Shown: positions 47,812 through 52,957 of the stretch, in pieces | Layout of the letters: each line of letters begins with the position of its first letter | Numbering within the stretch: the stretch's first letter is position 1 | Assembly: GCA_964612605.1 (NCBI GenBank) | Contig: CAZTEJ010000002.1 | Location: forward strand, 1 to 52,957 | Source: an uncultured Clostridium sp. | GTDB lineage: Bacteria > Bacillota_I > Bacilli_A > RF39 > UBA660 | Direction of reading: 5' to 3' | DNA length: 52,957 nucleotides | Notes under the pieces: generated by a model | What the model was told of the DNA's origin: nothing | Database searches by the model: none | What the model saw: only the letters and a program-made list of their open reading frames with translations | Program-made: the position numbers and the translations under genes

Positions 47812-50800
47812 CTACATTTCTTTTATTGAATTTTCAATATGTTCAATTTCTTCATTAGTTAAGTCATACTTTAAATATAATTGTTGATCTATTTCTTTAA
47901 TAGACTTATTCCAATCTACATCAGAGTTTTCAGTGAAATCTTGAATAGGAACTAATTCAAAAGTTTTTGAGGTAGCATCTTGACTACTCTTTAATAAGCT
48001 ATGTAAGAATCTTACAAATTTTGTTTTCATATATTTTTCTAGATTTTTAGCCGAATCTTCATCAAGTCCTAAATCGGCACCTACCACTAAATATGACTCC
48101 GTACATATTTCATTTGGCTTTCCTATAAACGAATTCAAGTTATCATCACTAAGCTCCGTACCAATATTATCAGCACGTGGAATAAATACTTTCCATTTGT
48201 TAATCCATTCTAAATGCGTAATTACATATTTTTTTTCAACAAAACCCTTTTGCCTTCCTTTTGCATAGCATACAACAGGACTTAACATATTATCAATAGA
48301 ATTTTTATAGTTTTCCGTTTTAGAAAAATAACCTCTTAACCCAAATGGTCTTAATGAAGAAATATAATTAGCTAAACTATTGAAATCTAAATTATTTACT
48401 TTTTCAATAATTGTGAATGCTGAACCATCACGTATAAAAACATCTTTATTTTCAAATTTCATAGGTCTTCTAACATCGTTTATTATACTATTATTTTCAT
48501 ATGTAATAACATTAACTAAATCATTAATATTGTTATAGTCCAAGTCTCTTAAAAAATAACATACGCCACCCCTAATATTTGTGTTTGGGAAAATAGAATC
48601 GGGAGTTAAACAATCATGTAATTCCTTCACGTGAAAATCATTTAACATTCCATTTCTAAACTCATCTAACCCTTTTCCTCCTACAAACCATCTAGTTGGA
48701 ATTATTAGTGAAGTAAACCTTGAACTTAATTGATTTGCAATTGCAACAAAATATTGATAAATTGGTTTTGCACTAGCTTGTGCACCACCATCTGCTTCTT
48801 GATATGGGGGATTCCCAACAACAATATCAAACTTCATTTTTCCATCTCCTTCCTTGTAAAATAAATTATCTTCTAATAAGATTTCAGACATCTTTTTATT
48901 TTGTAGAAGATATCCTTTTATTCTATTTAAATCCAAATTACCACCATTTCTAATATCCAGCAAATCATATGAAGTAAAATTTGTAGCAATATTATCGATA
49001 TTCAAATTCAAAATTTCATATATTTTTCTTGTGAATTCGTATGCTATTTTAGATGTCGGTATAGAATATAAACAATTGCTAATCAATTCTTCTTTTACAC
49101 CTAATTCTTTTAATTTAGAATATAATGCTATAGTAAATTCTCCTTCTTTACTAGCAATATCTAATATTTTTGAACCCGAAATTACTACTTTTACTATATC
49201 ACTATCTAGTATCATTGATATCATTTGTTTGCAAACTTTATTAGGTGTAATTATTTCTGAATCTGATAGTTTATCAAACTTATTTATAGCAACTAATGCT
49301 CTCTCTATCTTATCTAAAGATTCATCATTCGATAATTTGTTAATATTTTGTATTTTATAATCTAATTGACTTAAAACAAATGGGTCAATATTTTCATGTA
49401 TTAATTTTAATATATTTATATCTAGTTCTAAATTCTTTAAAATTCTTCGATTGTTAATATCTTTACAAGTATCAATAATATTTTTTAAAGAATGTAATTC
49501 ACTACTAGATAAGAAAGAATAAAATAAAATTCTCACATAATAAGTTTTAAATTTATTAACAATAATTTTCTTTAAATCATTATCATTAGAATTATTTGTT
49601 GATGAATTACTTGGAGAATTATTGTCTTGATTTTCTGATTCTTCATCAAATTCAAACGAAAGTTCTTCAAAGTCATCAGTGTCATCATCAGTATTGGTTA
49701 ATTTTAAGCCACCTTTTGAACCAAGCTCAGCCTGTTTTAATATTATTTCTCTTATTTCATCAATATTTAGCAACTTAAAATCAACTGGTAAATCATTAGA
49801 TTCGTCAAGGACGCTTCTTGAATTTGAATAATTACTTATGTAATTCATAATATCTATTGCTGTTATTTGTCTAAGTTTATTACTATCAAAAACAATAATT
49901 GGCGAAATATTTAATTCATTTTCTAATCTATCTTTCAATTTATCATTTCCATTATTTTCTGTATTAACATTATAAATTAAAGACTTGGTTTCTTGCATTA
50001 TAAACATCCTATTTGGATTAAAATCAACAAGTAATGTTTGTGGTTTTTTATTATATTTAATAATATCACCATCTTCAGATATATAATCTTTAACATATTG
50101 ATTTTGTAATCTAAATATAGCCTGATCATACTCTTGTGGAGATGATGTATCTTTTAAATAAATCATTGTATCCCATTCTTCAACAGTGCTTCCAGTAAGC
50201 ATCCTATTGACTGTTAAAGTTATTGTTTTTTTATCGTTCTTTTCACAATTTTTTATTGCATATTTTACATCATTTATACTTTTATAAGAGTTTGACTCAT
50301 CCACTCCTGATATATTAATAATTTCATAATCATTTAAATTCTTAAATTTATCTTTATTATCTTTAATTAATTTTTCAAAAGAATCACATGAAGCACGAAA
50401 TGGTAATACTACGACAATATGCCTACACATTTTTCCTTCTTTTATTTTATCGAAGTTTAAAAAGCCAAGTACTTCATCATCATTCTTGCTACCATCAATA
50501 ACTTCTAATAAATCTAATATTTCTGACTCATATATAAATTTTTTATGTTTTCCTTCAGAATCTTTTGTTATAGACATAGGTCTAAATAATTCAGAAAAAG
50601 CATATGTCACTCCTGAGTTCTTTAATTCTATCAATTTTTGTCTAATTGATTTATTTGGATTAAATGCAAACCTAATCATTTGTGGAAATCCATAATACGG
50701 ATTTTCCCATTCTTTATATGAATCATCTAATATATGTTCTTTATCCCAATCTAATTGAGCTTTTACAATATCAGAAAATTGATAAAAACCGATTATATCT

Positions 50801-51840
50801 TCTTTTTCAAATTCAGAACTCATCAAAATTCTATATGGAGTACCTGACAAGTGAATTCTAACTTTGGATTTTAATACTTTAACAATATCATCAGCGTCAT
50901 CAAAATTTATAATTTCATCTTCTCTAGTATCTCTTACATCTCTTAATACAGCTCCGAAGTTCTCAGCTCTTGCACCAAAGTGTGTTTCATCAATTAATAA
51001 CAAATCTATTTGATTATTGAATAATTCTTTATGTTTTTCTTTTATTTTTGTTCCTTGTAAATCTTGTAATGTTAAAAACATAACTACTTTTCTGCCTGTC
51101 TCTAACTTATGTTTTATTATATCGTTATCCCTTAAAAGTTGATCGTTCTCAATAAAATCATAATCTTTAAAATTATCAGCACTTTGTACAGTTTTCTTCC
51201 ATTCTTCTTTTACATCAGCTTTTGCCGAAACAATTAAAACAACATTTGCATTCATTTCTAAAGCACAACACATCGATGTAAAACTTTTACCGAATCTCAT
51301 TACTGCATATAGTAATAAATTTGTTCTACCTGCTTCATATGCTTTTTTAAAGTTTTCTACAACTTCCTTTTGATTAGGTCTTAAATTCCACATACCAGTA
51401 GAAGCATATTCAGTTATTACTCTTAAACTATCTTTAGCATTGTAAAACTGGTATTTCATAAGATTTTCGTCGAAATCATTCTTTATGTCTTTGATAGCCT
51501 CGTCAATATCAACTATAGAAGTATCTTTAAAAAACTCATTTGAAAAATAAATTCCTTCATCTATATCGGATGATTTTAATCTCGTTTTTTGCAAATTATG
51601 TTCTAAAAATTGATGTACTGAATAATCTCTAAAAAATATATCATCTGATACCGTAGCTTTAGTATCATATTTTTTCTCAAGTTCAGGGTAATACTTTTTC
51701 CATTCATCAAGTCTTATGGATACGGGTCTATAGGTATCACCAACCTTTATATAATTTGGTATTGTATTAGTAGTAAAAGCATATATATGTGGTTCAACAC
51801 GTCCAACAATAATTTTATCTAACAAACTTAAATCTCTCAT
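47812..51840 (-). CDS. 1342-aa fusion: T5orf172/GIY-YIG-like N-domain + SF2 (ResIII-type) helicase + gamma-class N6-adenine DNA methyltransferase + a C-terminal putative target-recognition region
   Basis: N-domain: HIYAFTTNTIPNYIKVGDTYRPVSIRLDEW...VHQFLE...NEFF. Helicase: MRFGKSFT, LLIDETHFG, LSGTPYR, QAIFRLQN. Acidic/Asn-rich linker: DDDTDDFEELSFEFDEESENQDNN. MTase: ITPNKVCKQM, ILDIASKEGEF, FDIVVGNPPYQ. Confidence 0.8.
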   Translation of the reverse strand: MRDLSLLDKIIVGRVEPHIYAFTTNTIPNYIKVGDTYRPVSIRLDEWKKYYPELEKKYDTKATVSDDIFFRDYSVHQFLEHNLQKTRLKSSDIDEGIYFSNEFFKDTSIVDIDEAIKDIKNDFDENLMKYQFYNAKDSLRVITEYASTGMWNLRPNQKEVVENFKKAYEAGRTNLLLYAVMRFGKSFTSMCCALEMNANVVLIVSAKADVKEEWKKTVQSADNFKDYDFIENDQLLRDNDIIKHKLETGRKVVMFLTLQDLQGTKIKEKHKELFNNQIDLLLIDETHFGARAENFGAVLRDVRDTREDEIINFDDADDIVKVLKSKVRIHLSGTPYRILMSSEFEKEDIIGFYQFSDIVKAQLDWDKEHILDDSYKEWENPYYGFPQMIRFAFNPNKSIRQKLIELKNSGVTYAFSELFRPMSITKDSEGKHKKFIYESEILDLLEVIDGSKNDDEVLGFLNFDKIKEGKMCRHIVVVLPFRASCDSFEKLIKDNKDKFKNLNDYEIINISGVDESNSYKSINDVKYAIKNCEKNDKKTITLTVNRMLTGSTVEEWDTMIYLKDTSSPQEYDQAIFRLQNQYVKDYISEDGDIIKYNKKPQTLLVDFNPNRMFIMQETKSLIYNVNTENNGNDKLKDRLENELNISPIIVFDSNKLRQITAIDIMNYISNYSNSRSVLDESNDLPVDFKLLNIDEIREIILKQAELGSKGGLKLTNTDDDTDDFEELSFEFDEESENQDNNSPSNSSTNNSNDNDLKKIIVNKFKTYYVRILFYSFLSSSELHSLKNIIDTCKDINNRRILKNLELDINILKLIHENIDPFVLSQLDYKIQNINKLSNDESLDKIERALVAINKFDKLSDSEIITPNKVCKQMISMILDSDIVKVVISGSKILDIASKEGEFTIALYSKLKELGVKEELISNCLYSIPTSKIAYEFTRKIYEILNLNIDNIATNFTSYDLLDIRNGGNLDLNRIKGYLLQNKKMSEILLEDNLFYKEGDGKMKFDIVVGNPPYQEADGGAQASAKPIYQYFVAIANQLSSRFTSLIIPTRWFVGGKGLDEFRNGMLNDFHVKELHDCLTPDSIFPNTNIRGGVCYFLRDLDYNNINDLVNVITYENNSIINDVRRPMKFENKDVFIRDGSAFTIIEKVNNLDFNSLANYISSLRPFGLRGYFSKTENYKNSIDNMLSPVVCYAKGRQKGFVEKKYVITHLEWINKWKVFIPRADNIGTELSDDNLNSFIGKPNEICTESYLVVGADLGLDEDSAKNLEKYMKTKFVRFLHSLLKSSQDATSKTFELVPIQDFTENSDVDWNKSIKEIDQQLYLKYDLTNEEIEHIENSIKEM

Positions 51841-51854
51841 GTGTACCTCACTTT

Positions 51855-52829
51855 CTATTTAATTAAAGAAATAAACTTTATACTTCTATTTGTTTTCCAA
51901 TTCATTACTTTGCAATAAATTCCATTATGATTTTTATTTTTATTTTTTTTACAGCCTAAGCACTCTTCAATGTGTTCAATTTCGCCAAACAATGTTAGCT
52001 CAACTTTTTTCTCATTTTTACAACTATTTGGAATAACAAATTTCAAACCATCCATTTGCCAAATATTCCAACTAATAATTTCTGCCACTTTTTCAACTAA
52101 TTCTAATCCCGGCTTTTTACTAAATTTATCTTTATAATAATCAATAAATGTGTATAGCAAATTTTCTCTTGCAATTAATACATTATCTCCTTGCCAATCA
52201 TATCCATAAACACTTTTCATTGCTTTGATAGACCATTCTACCCATTCGGACTCATCATCTATATTTTCAGAAACTATTCTTAGTTTTCTATCTAATAATC
52301 CAATTCTATCTTTTATTTTTATTGTTTTACCTGTCACTGAATCATATCTACTGACAAGATAAGGGGCTTCTCCACATGAAATTTCCAATCTAGTACTGTT
52401 AATATAATCTTGCCATGATTTATTTTCCGGAAAAGTTATTTTATCTTCAATGGTTTCCCAGCTATCTTTATCAGATTTATTAAACACATTTTTTCTTCCA
52501 AACCAAGCATCATCTACTAAATTATTTTGGTTGTTACATACCCACGACGGGGTGAAAACTTCGGCATTTTCTTTTATTCTCTTATTTTTTTCTTCATTTG
52601 TTTTTTTTGATCTAGGTTTTATTATTTCTCCATAATTACCAGTTATTTTTTCGATAGTTATTTCATCACTAAAACCAAAACCATGGCCATATTGTTGGTA
52701 ATTATCTGTTGCCCAAATTATATTCTTTTTACTGCTATGATCAAATAAAAGAATATTTAAAATTTGCATGTCAATTAGTAATAAATTTTCTTCTTTTATA
52801 TCAACTAACTCTCTAAACAAAGTTTTCAC
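51855..52829 (-). CDS. Methyltransferase-like protein lacking a (D/N/S)PP(Y/F/W) motif, with a C-terminal Cys cluster
   Basis: AEVFTPSWVCNNQNN (motif X-like), RLEISCGEAPYLVSRYD (motif I-like position) and YGYDWQGDNVLIAREN, but no NPPY-type motif anywhere. C-terminal C-x18-C-x2-C-x12-C. The start may be the TTG at 52820, since the GTG at 52829 lies inside the RBS GGGAGGTG. Confidence 0.6.
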   Translation of the reverse strand: MKTLFRELVDIKEENLLLIDMQILNILLFDHSSKKNIIWATDNYQQYGHGFGFSDEITIEKITGNYGEIIKPRSKKTNEEKNKRIKENAEVFTPSWVCNNQNNLVDDAWFGRKNVFNKSDKDSWETIEDKITFPENKSWQDYINSTRLEISCGEAPYLVSRYDSVTGKTIKIKDRIGLLDRKLRIVSENIDDESEWVEWSIKAMKSVYGYDWQGDNVLIARENLLYTFIDYYKDKFSKKPGLELVEKVAEIISWNIWQMDGLKFVIPNSCKNEKKVELTLFGEIEHIEECLGCKKNKNKNHNGIYCKVMNWKTNRSIKFISLIK

Positions 52830-52853
52830 CTCCCAACTGTTTTTTATAATTAT

Positions 52854-52957
52854 TTAAATATCTTTTGGTAATTTATCATAATCATATTTTTCTTCAACTG
52901 TCTCTAATTCATCAAAAGACCATTTAATATCTTCTATAGCTTTATCTATTGTATATA
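52854..52957 (-). CDS. 3' end of an unidentified gene truncated by the right edge, the first visible gene of the operon
   Basis: The frame reads ...YTIDKAIEDIKWSFDELETVEEKYDYDKLPKDI-stop. The stop lies 24 nt upstream of the next gene's start. Confidence 0.5.
   Translation of the reverse strand, partial: YTIDKAIEDIKWSFDELETVEEKYDYDKLPKDI

Noticed and set aside
46031-51975. A7-A8 homopolymer tracts inside the GmrSD, fusion-enzyme and MTase-like genes as phase-variation switches
   Set aside because: Runs of this length encode Lys-Lys/Asn and are common throughout this AT-rich window, including housekeeping genes. No long or unusual simple-sequence repeat was seen.
1-52957. Search for CRISPR arrays, tRNA/rRNA/tmRNA genes, integrases, transposases, reverse transcriptases and island-flanking direct repeats
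   Set aside because: Reading the larger intergenic regions (4452-4773, 27566-27709, 30728-30913, 38696-38955, 39778-40077, 40720-41874, 44526-44864) showed no regularly spaced repeats, cloverleaf-like sequences or recombinase/RT motifs. A manual scan cannot exclude short att repeats.

Overview
The window is very AT-rich by eye (not computed). It looks like a chromosomal segment or contig from a low-GC Bacillota-type bacterium with sporulation-associated genes (gerQ-like, yabG, veg). It uses the standard bacterial code: long conserved ORFs are uninterrupted and Trp is TGG. Almost all genes lie on the minus strand.

Positions ~0.8-34.4 kb are mainly housekeeping. They hold a GT2 glycosyltransferase, secA, tag, a YfcC-type permease, lysS, rlmH, a yycJ-like gene, a LysM/G5/M23 peptidase, dnaB, rplI, rpsR-ssb-rpsF, hpf, csp, smpB, rnr, veg, yabG, a U32 peptidase, a ClpX paralog, a YtxH/DUF948 pair and envelope or secreted proteins.

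Positions ~34.5 kb to the right edge form an accessory conflict island. In order it contains:
- four unrecognisable small ORFs;
- an archaeo-eukaryotic-primase (AEP) domain fused to an SF2 helicase;
- a stretch of decayed toxin-antitoxin-type genes (AbiEi with an in-frame stop, a Fic-like stub, other interrupted ORFs);
- a PD-(D/E)XK nuclease with a 2-TM partner and a divergent HTH gene;
- an intact, tightly coupled minus-strand operon of at least six genes that runs off the right edge.

That operon reads: unknown partial gene, a methyltransferase-like protein without a catalytic motif IV, a 1342-aa T5orf172/GIY-YIG-like + helicase + N6A-methyltransferase fusion, a GmrSD (DUF262/DUF1524) protein, a single-pass membrane protein, and a ThsB-like (DUF1863-type) TIR protein.

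The best candidates for something undescribed are this composite operon and, within it, the translationally coupled TM + TIR-like pair, which has no recognisable ThsA-type effector domain. No rRNA, tRNA, CRISPR array, integrase or transposase was recognised. All family assignments come from motif recognition by eye and need HMM or structure searches.
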